From: Squalus acanthias
Taxonomy: Eukaryota
DNA length: 64,000 nt
Reading direction: 5' to 3'
NCBI GenBank assembly: GCA_030390025.1
Contig: CM059432.1
Span: 48,982,001 to 49,046,000 of the forward strand
Shown: piece by piece, positions 12,295-24,845 of the stretch
Numbering within the stretch: the first letter of the stretch is position 1
Layout: every line of letters starts with the position of its first letter
Position numbers and translations under genes: made by a program
The notes under the pieces: generated by a model
Told to the model about the DNA's origin: nothing
Seen by the model: only the letters and a program-made list of their open reading frames with translations
Databases searched by the model: none

Positions 12295-13235
12295 CATTTT
12301 TCCTAATCTCTCTCCTCACTCTCTTTGGGGGGCAAGCGGGGGATGGGATGTGACATTTAAATTGATGACCTTTTGTCACTAATTCCCCAATCAGATGAAA
12401 TCGTCTTTTCCTATTCCCTCTCTCAAAACCCTTCATAATTTAAAATAGGTCTATTAAATATGCCTTCTGTGTTACAGTGGAAATAGAGCCAGAATCTCAT
12501 GTCTGTCCTCATAACTATAGTTTTTCATACTAGGTACCATACTGGTGAACCTATGCTGTACAATCTCTATCGGTTTAATGTCCTTTCTATAATGGGGTGT
12601 CCAAAACGGTACACAGTGCTTTTAACTGTGGCCTAACAATTACCCGGCACAAATTGATCATAACCTCTTTGCTCTTATACTCACTGCTCCTAATAATAAA
12701 ACCTAAAATCCCACTGGCTTTTCTCTTATGGCTTTATCGACCTGCACTTTCAAGGAATTATATATTTGCATCTTTAGGTCTCTCTGCTTTTTCACACCCT
12801 TCAGCTTCTTTCCATTAAATTTATACTCACATTCCTTGTTTTTTCTTCCAAAATTCACATCACACTTTTCTACAGTAAGTTACACCTGCCACCAGTCTAC
12901 CCATTCCATTAGTCTTTTACAGTCCTTCTCAACCACCGCTGGTCTCTGGGGTACACCATTTCCAATCCTTCTCCAATCCGCGCAACACTCATTAATCTTA
13001 ATCCTTTGTTTCTTGACTGTCAACCAACTTTCTATCCATGCTGCTACATTTCTTATTATATCGTATGTCTCAATTTTCATAACAAGCCTCATGTGAGACA
13101 CCTTATTAAATGCCTTCTGAAAATCTGTATGTTATATCTACTGCATTCTCTCTATCTATACATTCAGTTACTTCTTAATAAAACACTACTAAATGTGTCA
13201 AATGTAACTTGCCAATAACAAATCCATGCTGCTTG
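12295..13235 (-). mobile_element. Old degraded CR1 RT/3' fragment
   Basis: ORF 12880-13101 (WIESWLTVKKQRIKIN...GVPQ) and 12251-12436 resemble CR1 ORF2 C-terminus. Confidence 0.75.
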
Positions 13236-13249
13236 CTCTTGGTTATGCA

Positions 13250-13600
13250 ACTCTAACTGCTCAATAATTTGAGTGTTGTAAAACTGAGCCATACAAAACA
13301 GGAAGGATCCAGGTTTGATTCCTGATATGTGCTGTTAACTGATCTCAGTGGGGACAGTGGTAGGTGTGCTATAATTGGGCTCCGAGCGGCTGGGAAAATT
13401 CACTCATGCTTCCTGCTTCTGATTATTAACCTTTGACTCCAGTTGGAAAGTGCGTTTGTGTGGACAGTAAGTGAAGGAAAAACATAGCTTGGCTGTGATG
13501 TCTCTCATGGTGAAATAGGTTGTGAAAACTCACTGTCTGGGCTCAGGTATGAAGAATAACCACTTGGTCATGGTACTAGAGACTGGCTCGAGTCAATGGA
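13250..13600 (+). mobile_element. Ancient tRNA-derived SINE (AmnSINE2-like, from recall)
   Basis: GGTTTGATTCCTG...CTGATCTCAG...GGAAAGTGCGTTTGTGTGGAC...GGCTGTGATG...ATGAAGAATAACCACTTGG; related copy at 14640-15860. Confidence 0.55.
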
Positions 13601-14639
13601 AGAATTCCCCATTGTCAGATGACTGATTGACACACTCCTTATCTTATAGTGCAGAATAATTCTCCCGACCAATTTATCTCCCCTCTTAAAAAAAGATGGA
13701 AGAGTTCCCCTCAATTCCAGGTAAAACCAACTAAACTTCTTCACAGAGGATAAAGCAGAATCTCAAATGCAGCTTTCAGAATAGGATTCTAACATTTCAC
13801 TGCCAGAGCTGTGGGCTCTTTACATCAAAAATAGACACGTAAATAATGTCCCTTCACAATAGATATCTAATTTAGTGATCTTTCAATTCATGAAGTGGAT
13901 AGCAGTAAATGTGGCACATCCTGTCATTCTCTGGCAATAAATAGGGCTAGTGTTTGATGAGGCAGCTCTTTGTACTGATTGTCGAAATTTACAGATGCAA
14001 CTGAATTGACCACTAAAAGACTCTAGTCCATCATAATCTTTTTTTCATACTTACCATAATGTTAAAGGCAATCACCTTTATGAAACATTATTTGGCAAAG
14101 AAGTAGTTTGGGGGAGAGTGAACTTACCATAACATGATTATATTCAGCTGGAAGTCAAAATGGGCCTCTCTATGCTGGAGGGTACAATTGCTATTTATTC
14201 TTGCTATCAGTGTGAATGTTCACTACCATTTAATATGGCTCTTTGAATGTTAGCATATAAACGATCAACACATTCATGTGAAATGTCACTGTCTGCTGTT
14301 TTAATAGATGTGTTTACTCAATGATTAATAGTAGACTAAGTATATTTCATATGAATGTGTTAAGTAGTCATACAGTAATATTGCTCTAATTTCAAGAGTT
14401 AATGTTTGGATTTTCATTTAAGGAATTTCTTTAAAAGGTTGCTGTATCATATTTGTTTTTAAAGTGCATCTGCTATACTATATGTGAGATTATCATTCTA
14501 CTATTTCCTTTTATTGAATGTGTTTGTTGATTTGAAAGGCCATGAAATAATGTAACAGTCATGATGCAAATGCAATTCAGAACAGAATTTCCTGCTGTTC
14601 CTGAAAACATTTCATGTGTATTCAGGGAACAATAAGTTC

Positions 14640-15860
14640 ATTGGTCTCAGCTGTGATGGTGATGGGATGCTACAATTGATTTTTTTCCTCCCTACCGAGC
14701 TAAGAAGGGAAAAAGTAAGTCAGAGATCTCAATTCTAATTGCTATTTAGTGATCCCTGCTGAAAAGTGCGGCCGGAATTTCCCCCTACAAAACAGGTGAG
14801 TTTGAAGCGTGAAACAGTTAAATTGTTAAAAATGGGATTCCCGACCTGATCCCGTCTCCAACCCCCGCATTTCCGGTTTTACCGGAGGTGGGATGGGGGG
14901 CGGACGACCAACCCTCTCCCAGGGGACGGAACCTTAATTTAAATATTGTAATGAGGCTGGAAGCCTCTTTTTCCCCCGTCCATTTTGAATTTAACTGCCT
15001 GTGGACGGGTTTCACACAATTTGGGAAACCCGGCAGTTAAACCGAGGCAGAGACTGCTGGATCCAGGAGGTAAGTGGCTTTATAATCCCTCCTGGATCCA
15101 GGGTCCCTGCCTAGCCCACCCCCGCGACCGGAGACCCCCTCACGAGGCCTCCGATCACCCTCCCAGGCCTCCGATTCTCACCATGAGGTCTCCCCCACAA
15201 CCCCCACCGATGATGCGGAGGCTGGCTACAATCCTCTGGAGGCCGGCCCCGATCCTCCCTCCCCCCCTGCCGATGCCCGATCTCCAGCCGACCACCGCCC
15301 TACCCCCGTTGACCACCCCCCCCAATCCCCGATGCCGAATAATGACCCCCCGATCCCCGATGCCAAATGCCGACTCCCGATCGCCGATGCAGAATGCCAA
15401 CCCCCCCGATCCCCAACTCCCCGATCTCCGATGCCCACCCCCGACCCCCCTCCCGTGATCCCCGCTGCCCCATGCCGACACCCCCCACCCCCCACCCCCC
15501 GGGATGACTCCTCGTATCTGCAGGCCTACCCGATCGCAACCAGACAACCTCTCAATCTGGCTGGCTGCGGGCGGGAATCCGAGGCCTCACATGCAAATCA
15601 GGCCCTGCCGTTAAAGTCAGCAGGGCCTGCGGGAAACCCGGCCTCCCGGGTTTCCCGCCCGCCTCGGAGACCCCCCACCCCCAACCCGCCTACCTGGAGA
15701 AAATTCTGGCCGCATATTTGTGGAGGTTGGGGCATGGACAGGACCAGACCTGGCTGTGGTGCCTCCACGCTCAAATAGCTTGCCAAACTCAGTGACCAGT
15801 TTCCCACTTGGGCAAGGTATCCAAGGCCAGATAGTGCCTGTGCAATCAGACCCTAGCATA
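14640..15860 (+). mobile_element. Second copy of the same ancient SINE, split by a MITE
   Basis: SINE sequence stops at ...CTGCTGAAAAGTGC (14769) and resumes at ...TTTGTGGAGG...GGCTGTGGTGCC (after 15711). Confidence 0.5.
14770..15711. mobile_element. GC-rich Harbinger-type MITE with C-rich low-complexity interior
   Basis: TIRs GGCCGGAATTT...AAATTCTGGCC; internal CCCCGAT-like repeats 15250-15510. Confidence 0.8.
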
Positions 15861-16990
15861 AACCGTGCCTTCAAGTGAAGAAAAGAGAAAATTGTGGCGA
15901 AAAAAGAGTTTTAAAATGCTGTGATTTTAAAAGGGGAAAAAAATCAACTGTTGTAAATGTATTCAACCACAGGGTGGCAATAGAAGTATTTAGCACTAGT
16001 ATTGAAACATAAGAGAAGTTTGATCACCATTTTTCACTAAATCAGTATTTAAAACTTCCCTTTCAGCATTCCGAAGGGACCGCTCCCTCCGCGACACCCT
16101 GGTCCACTCTTCTATCACCCCCAACACCCCCTCCACTTTGCCCGGCACCTTCCCGTGCAAGCGCAGGAGATGCAACACCTGCCCTTTTATCTCCTCCCTT
16201 CCCACTGTCCAGGGTCCCAAACACTCCTTCCAGGTGAAACAGCGATTTACTTGTACTTCTTGCAATTTAGTATACTGTATTCGCTGCTCACGATGCGGTC
16301 TCCTCTACATTGAGGAGACCAAACGCAGATTGGGTGACCGCTTTGCGGAACACCTCCGTTCAGTCCGTAAGGGTGATCCCGAGCTTCCAGTTGCTTGTCA
16401 CTTTAATTCTCCGCTCCACTCCCACTCTGACCTCTCCATCCTCGGCCTCTTACACTGTTCCAATGAAGCTCAACGGAAGCTCGAGGAACAGCACCTCATT
16501 TTTCAATTAGGCACTTTACAGCCTTCTGGACTCAACATCGAGTTCAACAATTTCAGATCATAACCTCTGCCCCTATAATTGTTTTTTCTCTCTCTCACAT
16601 GGCAACTGTCGATCATTCTGCCATTGCCATTTACACTTCATCTAGAGTCATCTTTTGTTTCTTAACTTGTCCCATTACCATCTCCTTTTGCCTTGCACCA
16701 TCATCCCTTTTGTCTCGAAGGGCTCGATTTTACTAATGGAGGCGGGTTGAGGGCGGGCTTCCTGGTGGGCGGGTTTCGGACCCGCTGCCGGTTTCAGCCG
16801 CTCCCGGTTTCCCATTTTGATTTAATTGGACCAATTAGTCCCGTCATGCGCGCTGCCTGCTGCATTGACTGTGAGTGGGTCTGTTGGTCTGCACTGATGA
16901 GGTCTTTGCTGCACTTGCTTTTAAGGGCTCCATGTAGCCTCAGCCTCTCATTTCTCGTTACTTCTGCAGCTTGAATGGGCCAAAGGGACC

Positions 16991-18899
16991 ATGAGTGCTG
17001 CAAAATCCAAAGCTGCTCCCCGATTCACTGAGGACTCCCTGCAAACTCTTTTGCAGGGAGGAAGAGGATGTAGGCAGAATCTGTTCCCTCCCGATGGCCG
17101 GAGGAAGCCTCCTCAGCAGACAAAGGCAGCCTAGCTGCAGATTGCTGAGGAGGTCAGCGCAAGGTCGCTATGTACACGCACTTGGGTTCAGTGCCGATAA
17201 CGCTTCAATGATCTTCTGTGATTATCAAAGTGAGTATCACATCACACTTACCTTCAAACTACTTCCCTTCTCTTCTCATCACCAGCACTCTGCATTGTCA
17301 GCCTGCTCCTCCACATCCCACCTTACCCTTACTTCCCTTGCACCCTTACCTCTCTGTCTCTCTCTCTGTACTGAATCACTTCACTGTTCTACTATGCAGC
17401 CCTCACAGTCGCTCTCACTGTTAAGTAATGACAACAACTAACAACGCACAGGGAGGCACCTTCCTCTTGCCACCTCACTCCATCTTAGTCTCCCTCTAAG
17501 CTTCTAGGTTTTGGATTCTTCACACTCACGCCATCATTCTCGCTGAAACTCCACTTGTGTCCCTCCTTGCAGGAAAAGCTAGCCCACAATAAGAGGGAGA
17601 GAGCAAAGACAGGAGGAGGCACACCATCCCTGGCCACATTAACAAACGCTGAGGAGGCTGCTCACGACATCGTGGGAGTGGAAGTGGGGGAAGGAGAGAC
17701 GGGCGCATTTGAGGAAGTTGATGCCAGAATGCATTTTCATCCCTCGCATTTACGATTTATGATTGACTGCAATGGCATATGATGCTCATAGAGATTGACT
17801 TCTGATCATCTACACAAAAGGATTTGTCTGCTGCCTGAAAATCTGATGTCTAACTCATGCCTTTACTCTCTCACAGGACCATCGAGAGTCCCCCTCCTCA
17901 CTGCCCAGGAGGAAGAGCCGGACGACTCCTCAGAGGAACCTGGACCCTCAGAGGGAGCAGCGTTACCAGGACTCAGCGCACCCAGCATCAGCGCACCCAG
18001 CACCAGCGCAGCAACGCACACCTTGACGGGGCCTTCGCGACATAGATTAGTGTTGTCACCTGGTGTATCACAGCTCACAAGTGAGCATCAGCAGATGGTG
18101 GAGACAGCGACAGCAGTGGAGAGTCCTCGTCGGAGGTCGCAGGACTCTCCTAGCTCTGCTCAGCTGCATGTAGACGCTGTGCCTCTGGGGCCATCCAGAA
18201 AGAGAGTGGTGCTGGAACTCCAGGAACAAGTGCAGGAGTCTCTGACAGGGTTTGCATCCAGGGTAACTGCGAGTGTGGAGAGAATGGAGGAGTCCATCTC
18301 TAACATGAGCACTGCCTTTGCGGAGGCAATGGCGCATGACCGTTCCACCATGGAGAGGGTGGCAACCGCCATGAAGGACATAAATCGCCAGACTAACGAA
18401 AACATGGTGACTCTTCAAAATAGATTGTCTGCAATAGAGGAGAGATGGGCATCTATTGAGGAGAGACACCAGAGCTTCATGGACGTCCTTGTTAGGAGGA
18501 CTGCTGGTACAAAGACGGGTCTTCATGGTCCTCCTGATGTGCAGCAAGGTGCTCTCCAGCCACTTGCTAGCACTGAAGTGTGACTGACCCACGAGAGGGA
18601 TGTTGGTGGCAGGCAACAAGGAAGTGTGGGCTCCTCTCCAAGCGCTCACACGACCATGCCACTGCGGAGCCCTCGGTCAGAGCCCCAGATTCCACTCCAA
18701 ACTAAGATGGCCGTCTCAGCCCCTGCACAGCCGCAGGAAGAGCAGACTGTGGAGAAGCCTTCCCAGGCTCCCAAACCCAGAGGACGCCCGCCAAAGGCAG
18801 GCGCAGCATCAAAGTGAGCAAGGTGCCCCTACATCTGCTGAAGCCACAGGGGAAGCACCACGTAGAAGCACGTGTAAGAGGAAGTTAACACACAAATAG
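16991..18899 (+). pseudogene. Three-exon Harbinger Myb/SANT-like gene, inactivated
   Basis: Exon 1 from ATG 16991: MSAAKSKAAPRFTEDSLQTLL...AA*LQIAEEVSARSLCTRTWVQCR*RFNDL, donor GTGAGT at 17230; exon 2 from 17573 (EKLAHNKRERAKTGGG); exon 3 from 17877 (acidic, then coiled-coil-like); in-frame stops. Confidence 0.85.
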
Positions 18900-19184
18900 T
18901 CACAAGGGTAGTCACATGGATGTTTTATTGTGCTGTAAATTATCGAGTGTCCTCCTTTTGTGATGCCATTAAACAAAAGTGATGGCAAGCAGTTGAGGTT
19001 CTGGTCTATGTGTTCTGGGAAATGGAAGTTGCAGAGTGAGGGCTCAGGGCTAATTTCATTTATAATGATGGTGGTGACAGTGATCGGAAAGCACCATTTA
19101 TTGGACAGATGATGTATGGTGTGTTAAGCATCTTGACCTTATCTTCATCTCCATCTGCCAGCCACCTGTATTTGAAGTGTAAGC

Positions 19185-19430
19185 TCATGTGAATCTGGCA
19201 TGGATGAGGGCATGGATGAGTGCATCCCTTGCCTGACGGCCAGCAACGTGGTCACCTGCTGCTGGATTGGCCACATCTGGCCCCGCAAGGCGTCACTCTC
19301 CATCCTCCTCCTCGTCCTCCAAGGAGGCTGTGATGAGCCACTTGTTCATCCGGCAGCACTAAGCCGCACTGCTCTTCCTCCGCATCTGACTACCAGGATG
19401 AGAAGATGTAAATAGTTCCCATCCCATTGT
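19185..19430 (-). pseudogene. Probable Harbinger transposase remnant with large internal deletion
   Basis: Convergent orientation as in 56772-62938; N-terminal-like stretch joined to a C-terminus ALIHARFT*; no DDE core. Confidence 0.45.
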
Positions 19431-20062
19431 TATAGATTTCTGTTGAGGCAAGAAGCTTGCCAGCGCACACTCAAAGTGGCCTGAAATTATTCCCAATCAG
19501 TTCAAATAGCAACTGTTTGTCAGCTTGACTAGTCACAAGGTCAGTAGATTTGCAAAATCTTATCCCAAACCTCCAACAACAAAGTTATTGCATTTGAATG
19601 CCAGCCATGTTACAGGAGCACTTTTAAAGTTCTGCATCAATAATGACTACATATCATGTCCTCCACCAACTCGTCTCCTTGCAGCAGGACTGTTTTTGAC
19701 ACGACAGGAAACAGGAGCCAGAGGCACGAAAATGGGAAACCTCTATCAAAATAGGATTATCAAGGCAGTTAACAGGCTCTTAACTGCCTGTCCCACCGGT
19801 TGGAGTCGGGTCAGTTTGGGAGCAGCTGAACAGACACTCATGAAAATTGCATGTGGGTGGTATGGAGGTGGGTTGGGTGTCTGAAGCCATTTTTTCCGAG
19901 TTTAGCAGCTGATACGTCTCCAAACCCGCCTCCTCAGGGCTGTTAAAATCGAGCCCTTAATCTCTCCTGCCTTCCATCCTATCACAGACCTTCCCTTTTG
20001 TTCTCTCCTCCCTCCCTGCCCCTACACTTGCTTAAAAACCTGTTACATCTCCAACTTTTTCC

Positions 20063-20099
20063 AGTTCTGACGAAGGGTCATTGACCTGAAACGTTAACT
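20063..20099 (+). ncRNA. Minimal hammerhead ribozyme motif (PLE family 2)
   Basis: AGUU-CUGACGA-A-GGGUC-AUU-GACCU-GAAACGUU-AACU. Confidence 0.8.
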
Positions 20100-20449
20100 C
20101 TGTTTCTCTCTCCACAGATGCTGCCTGACCTGCTGAGTATTTCCAGCATTTTCTGTTTTTATTTCAGATTTCCAGCATCTGCAGTATTTTGCTTTTTTAA
20201 AACTTTATGCCAAGGTTAATCTATCCTAGTTTATCATAATCAAGTTAGTTTCTAAGTTCTTGATCTATTGATAAAGGACTTCACTTTTTTGGTCGTTATA
20301 CAGTTTAAGTTTAAGAGGACAGTCTGTCAGAAAACAAATGGATTAAGATAAGTATTGAGAAAGGAAAAGGCTCATTTTAACTTAAATTACTGGAATAATA
20401 TGTATTATTTACATTTGTCCAATAGTATTTCTGATGGTTTTATATAATG

Positions 20450-20650
20450 CAAGAACATAAGAAATAGGAGCAGGAGTAGGTCATACGGCCCCTCGAGCCT
20501 GCTCACCATTCAGTAAGATCATGGCTGATCTTCTACCTCAACTCCACTTTCCCACCCTATCCCCATATCCCTTGATTCCAAAAATCTATCGATCTCAGTC
20601 TTGAATATACTCAACGACTGAGCATCCACAGCCCTCTGGGGTAGAGAATT
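20450..20650 (-). mobile_element. CR1 3'-end fragment
   Basis: AAGAACATAAGAAATAGGAGCAGGAGTAGG... matches CR1 ends at 36508 and 42472. Confidence 0.85.
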
Positions 20651-20772
20651 GTGGTGATGAGGAGACCACGCAATCAGTCACTTGTGGTGAAGCGACCACA
20701 CAATACAGTTAATATATAAATTTTATACTGGGCATAAAATTTACCTGTAATAATTACAACTTGCCTTTACAA

Positions 20773-21250
20773 GTGTCAGCCGCGGCTCAGTGCATAGCAC
20801 TCTTGCCTTTGATGCAAAAGGCTGTGGATTCATGTCCCACTCCAGAGACTTGAGCACAAAAATCTAGGCTGACACTCCAGTCCAGTACTGAGGGAGTGCT
20901 GCATTGTCGGTGGTGACGTCTTTCGGATGAGACATTAAACCGAGGCCCCGTCTGCGCTCTCAGGTGGACGTAAAAGATCCCATAGTACTATTTTGAATAA
21001 GAGCAGCAAAGTTACACCCATGTCCTAGCCAATATTTATCCCTCAATCAACATAACAGAAACAGAGTATCTGGTCATTATCATACAGCTGTTTGTGGGAG
21101 CTTGCTGTGCGCAAATTAGCTGCCCTGTTTTCTACATTACAACAGTGACTACACTTCAAAAGTACTTCATTGGTTGTAAAGCGCTTTGGGATGTCCTGAG
21201 GTCGTGAAAGGCGCGATATAAATGTAAGTGTTTCTTTCTTTTCTCTCTTT
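20773..21250 (+). mobile_element. Full-length Deu-domain SINE (SacSINE1/AmnSINE1-like) with L2-type tail
   Basis: tRNA-like head GGCTCAGTG...GGATTCATGTCCC; core TTTCGGATGAGACATTAAACCGAGGCCCCGTCTGC...GGACGTAAAAGATCCCA; tail GAAAGGCGCGATATAAATG, (CTTT)n. Confidence 0.85.
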
Positions 21251-22990
21251 CTTTACATAGTCCCTTTAATGTAGTATTCCTCTGCCCATCTGGGGCTCTC
21301 TTGCCGTGTCAGCGCTCCAAGTAGAGCGCAAGTTTTGGGAGTCTTGTATCGGGGATGCGGACGATGTGACCCGTCCATCGGAGCTGATCGAGCGTGGTCA
21401 AAGCTTCGATGCTGGGGATGTTGGCCTGAGTGAGAACACGGACGTTGGTGCGCCTATCCTGCCAATGGATTTGCAGGATCTTGCAGAGGCAGCGTTGGTG
21501 GTACCTCTCCAGTGCTTTGAGGTGCCTGCTATACATGGTCCATGTTTCTGAGGCATATAGGAGAGCGGGTATCACTACTGCTCTGTAGACCATGAGCTTG
21601 GTGCCGGGTTTGAGGTCCTGGTCTTCAAACACTCTCTTCTTCAGGCAACCGAAGGCTGCACTGGCACACTGAAGGCAGTGTTGGACTTCGTCATCGACAT
21701 CTGCCCTTGTTGACAGTAGGCTCCCGAGGTATGGAAAGTGGTCCACATTGTCCAAGGCCTTGTCGTGGATTTTGATAATCGGGAGGCCCTCAAAGCCTCC
21801 TTGAAAAAGTGCAACATCCCACCGACACCTGGGAATCCCTGGCCCAAGACCACACAAAGTGGAGGAGAAGCATCCGGGAAGGCGCCGAACACCTCGAGTC
21901 TCTTCGCCAGGAGCAAGCGGAAGCCAAGCGCAAACAGCGCAAGGAGCGCACGTCAACCCAAGCACCCCACCCACCTGCCCCTTCAACCACCGTCTGCCCC
22001 ACCTGTGACAGAGACTGTAGGTCCCGCATTGGACTCATCAGTCGCCTGAGAACTCATTTTTAATGTGGAAGCAAGTCATCCTCCATTCCGAGGGACTGCC
22101 TAAGAAGAAGAAGAATGTACTAAGTATCCCAAGGCGCTTAGAGGAGAAACAAATGCCAAGCAGCAGAAGAAGAGTTAGGAGAGAGGACCTCGATTGGCCA
22201 AATTGGAGGCTTGAGGTAAGGAAAGTGACAAGGTGGAGTGGTTTGGGGAAAAAGTTGCAGAGAGTATGGCTGATATACTGAAGGCTCTGCTACTGGTAGT
22301 AGAGAAAGGAGGGATACACAGATGAAAGTCAGGGAACTAAATGGCTTGTCTTTTACACTTGCGTGCTGGGCTCCGCCAACATTGAGGATGGGGATATTCA
22401 CGGAGCCTCCTCCTCCTCCCGCTAGTTGTTGAATTGTCCACCACAATGCAAAACTGGATGTGGCAGGACTGCAGAGCTTTGATCTGATCCGTTGGTTGTG
22501 GGATCACTTAGCTCTGTCTATAGCATATTGCTTCCGCTGTTTAGCATGCATGTCATCCTGTACTGCATCTTGGGCATTGGATGGGATGTCGGGCCAGAGG
22601 GGGGTTGCAGAGATAGGCAGGGTGAGGTCATGGTGGGATTTGTAGATGAAGGTGAGGATTTTGAATTCAATGTCTCGGGGGAATAGTGAATCAATAGAGG
22701 TCGCCAAGGACTAGGATGATGGTGAGTGGGGCTTGGTGCAGTACAGGATGCGGATGGCAGAGTTTTGGACACGTTTTGAGTTTGTGTAATGAGTAGCTCA
22801 GGAGGTCATCAGGGAGGGAGAAGTCGAGTCTGGAGGTAATTATGTCATGGATATAGGTTTCAGAAAGGCTGGGGTTGAGATAAGGACAGAGGTGAGCAAT
22901 GTTATAGAGGTGAAAGTATGCAGTTTGAAGCCCAGCTCAAGGTCAAATGTCCTATCAAGGACACCATCTGGTTTAGTCTGAGAGATCAGC
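21250..22990 (-). mobile_element. Degraded L2 fragment hosting an RTE insertion and a LINE A fragment (22343-22570, minus)
   Basis: L2-like IEFKILTFIYKSHH on the minus strand near 22620-22680; LINE A peptide WWTIQQLAGGGGGSVNIPILN in ORF 22138-22446. Confidence 0.6.
21277..22113 (+). mobile_element. RTE-clade LINE 3' end with inverted 5' segment
   Basis: 21277-21786 on minus encodes VDHFPYLGS...YRAVVIPALLYASETW...QLRWTGHIVR; 21787-22113 on plus encodes LKASLKKC...CPTCDRDC...RTH, ending in (AAG)n; TSD AATGTA(G/C)TA at 21268-21276 and 22114-22122. Confidence 0.9.
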
Positions 22991-23214
22991 CAAGGAGCAG
23001 GATGGAGATGGGGGCAAGGTACCCTTCTACTGCAAAGCTAATTGCTCCTATAATTATTAATAACTGCAAGATAAACAGTGCTTTGTGACTTTGTGTAAGT
23101 TCCAATGACAAACAGATGGCTTTCGACTAAGGACATGGTCTAGCAGATATTCGATTAGACAAGGAACAGCTGTTACCCAGTGTTCAAGTACATTCCCCTC
23201 CCCCACTAAAAAAA

Positions 23215-23580
23215 ACTTCACCTTGTAAATAGATCCCTCTCCTCAGGTACTGTCGCCCCTAAACAAAATTGCCATCATTATTCGCTCATCAAAAAACCCT
23301 ACACTCGACCCCTTTGCCCTTGCAAACTACCGCCCCATCTTCAATCTCTATTTCCTCTCCAAAGTCCTTGAACATGTTGTCACTTCCCAAATCCGTGCCC
23401 ATCTTTTCTGCAACTCCATGTTTGAATCTCTCCAATTTAGGTTTCATCCCTGGCACTGAAATGGCCCTAATGGCATTCTCTGTGATATGGTGCACTATCT
23501 CTTCTCGTCTTCTTCGACCTGTCTGCAGCCTTTGATACGGTTAACTGCACCAGCCACGCCCAACAATTCTCTTCCATCTT
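23215..23580 (+). mobile_element. L2 RT fragment
   Basis: Reads as LANYRPIFNLYFLSKVLEHVVTSQIRAHL...LDLSAAFDTV with disruptions. Confidence 0.75.
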
Positions 23581-23744
23581 TTCTCTAGTGCCAAGCAACC
23601 CTGGGTACTTGTCTTATCATGGCGAAAGGAGAAAACGGTACAAATGAAGTGGAAATATTGAAATAATAGGGCATGTGACATCATATCATTTTCATCTCAT
23701 TTGCATTGGGCTGTCCAAAAATGAGCAGGCTTTTCCTGCTGTCA

Positions 23745-24800
23745 TAAGAACATAGCCATGCAATAAGGTCATGGCTGATCTTCGACCTCAACTCCACTTT
23801 CCTGCCCGATCCCCATATCCCTTCATTCCCTTAGGGTCCAAAAATCTATCTATCTCAGCCTTGAATATACTCGACGACTGAGAATCCATAGCCCTTTGGG
23901 GTAGAGAATTCCAAAGATTCACAACACTCTGAGTGAAGAAATTCCTCCTCATCTCAGTCTTAAAATGCTGACCCCTTATCCTGAGACTATGACCCCTAGT
24001 TCTAGACTCTCTCAGCATCTAACCTGTCAATCTCCCTCAGAATCTTATATGTTTCAATAAGATCACCTCTCATTCTTCTAAATGCCAGAGAGTATAGGCC
24101 CAATCTACTCAATCTCTCCTCATAGGACAACTCTCTCATCCCAGGAATCAATCTAGTGAACCTTTGTTGCACTGCCTCCAAGGGAAGTATATCCTTCCTT
24201 AGATAAGGAGACCAAAACTATGCACAGTACTCCAGGTGTGATCTCACCAAGGCCCTGTACAATTGTAGCAAAACTTCCTTACTCTTGTACTCCAATCCTC
24301 TTGCAATAAAGGCCAACATGCCATTTGCCTTCCTAATTGCCTGCATGCTAACTCTCTTTGTTTCTTGTACTAGGACACCTAAATCTCTCTGAACACCAAC
24401 ATTTAATAGTTTCTCACCATTTAAAAAATATTTTGCTGTTCCATTCTTCCTACCAAAGTGAATAACCTCACATTTTCCCACATCATGCTCCATCTGCCAT
24501 CTTATTGCCCACTCACTTAACTTGTTTATATCCCTTTGCAAGCTCTTTGTGTCCTCCTCACAGTATACTTTCCCACCTAGCTTTGTATCATCACCAAACT
24601 TGGATACATTGCACTCGGTCCCTTCATCTAAGTCATTAATATAGATTGTAAATAGCTGAGGCCCAAGCACTGATCCTTGCGGCACCCCATTAGTTACAGC
24701 CTGCCAATCTGAAAATGACCCGTTTATCCCTACTCTCTTTTCCGTCTGTTAACCAATCCTCTATCCATGCTAATACATTATCCCCAACCCCATGTGCCCT
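23745..24800 (-). mobile_element. CR1 RT C-terminal/3' fragment
   Basis: ORFs 24218-24685 ([26 protein letters not shown]) and 23788-24018 (RTRGHSL, FFTQSVVNLWNSLP). Confidence 0.92.
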
Positions 24801-24845
24801 TAGTCGTCAGAAAGGTGGCAGAAAATGGAGTGGGTGGAGATCTAG

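Larger units (their letters stand above)
16720..19956 (+). mobile_element. Harbinger deletion derivative (3.2 kb)
   Basis: TIRs GGGCTCGATTTTA...TAAAATCGAGCCC; interrupts the PLE at TGTCTC-TTAA-TCTCTCC (compare uninterrupted copy near 1722-1742). Confidence 0.92.
16058..20195 (+). mobile_element. Penelope-like element family 2 (Neptune-type GIY-YIG), interrupted by a Harbinger element
   Basis: ORF 16138-16563: CKRRRCNTC linker, LVYCIRCSRCGLLYIEET...RFAEH...HF; 3' part resumes at 19957; 10-bp TSD TTTAAAACTT at 16048-16057 and 20196-20205. Confidence 0.93.

Noticed and set aside
14049..14150. Two ATG|GTAAGT donors on the minus strand suggesting microexons
   Set aside because: The implied intron is only ~52 nt and no recognisable peptide results.
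14985..15874. Overlapping Pro- and Gly-rich ORFs
   Set aside because: Stop-poor low-complexity interior of a GC-rich MITE.
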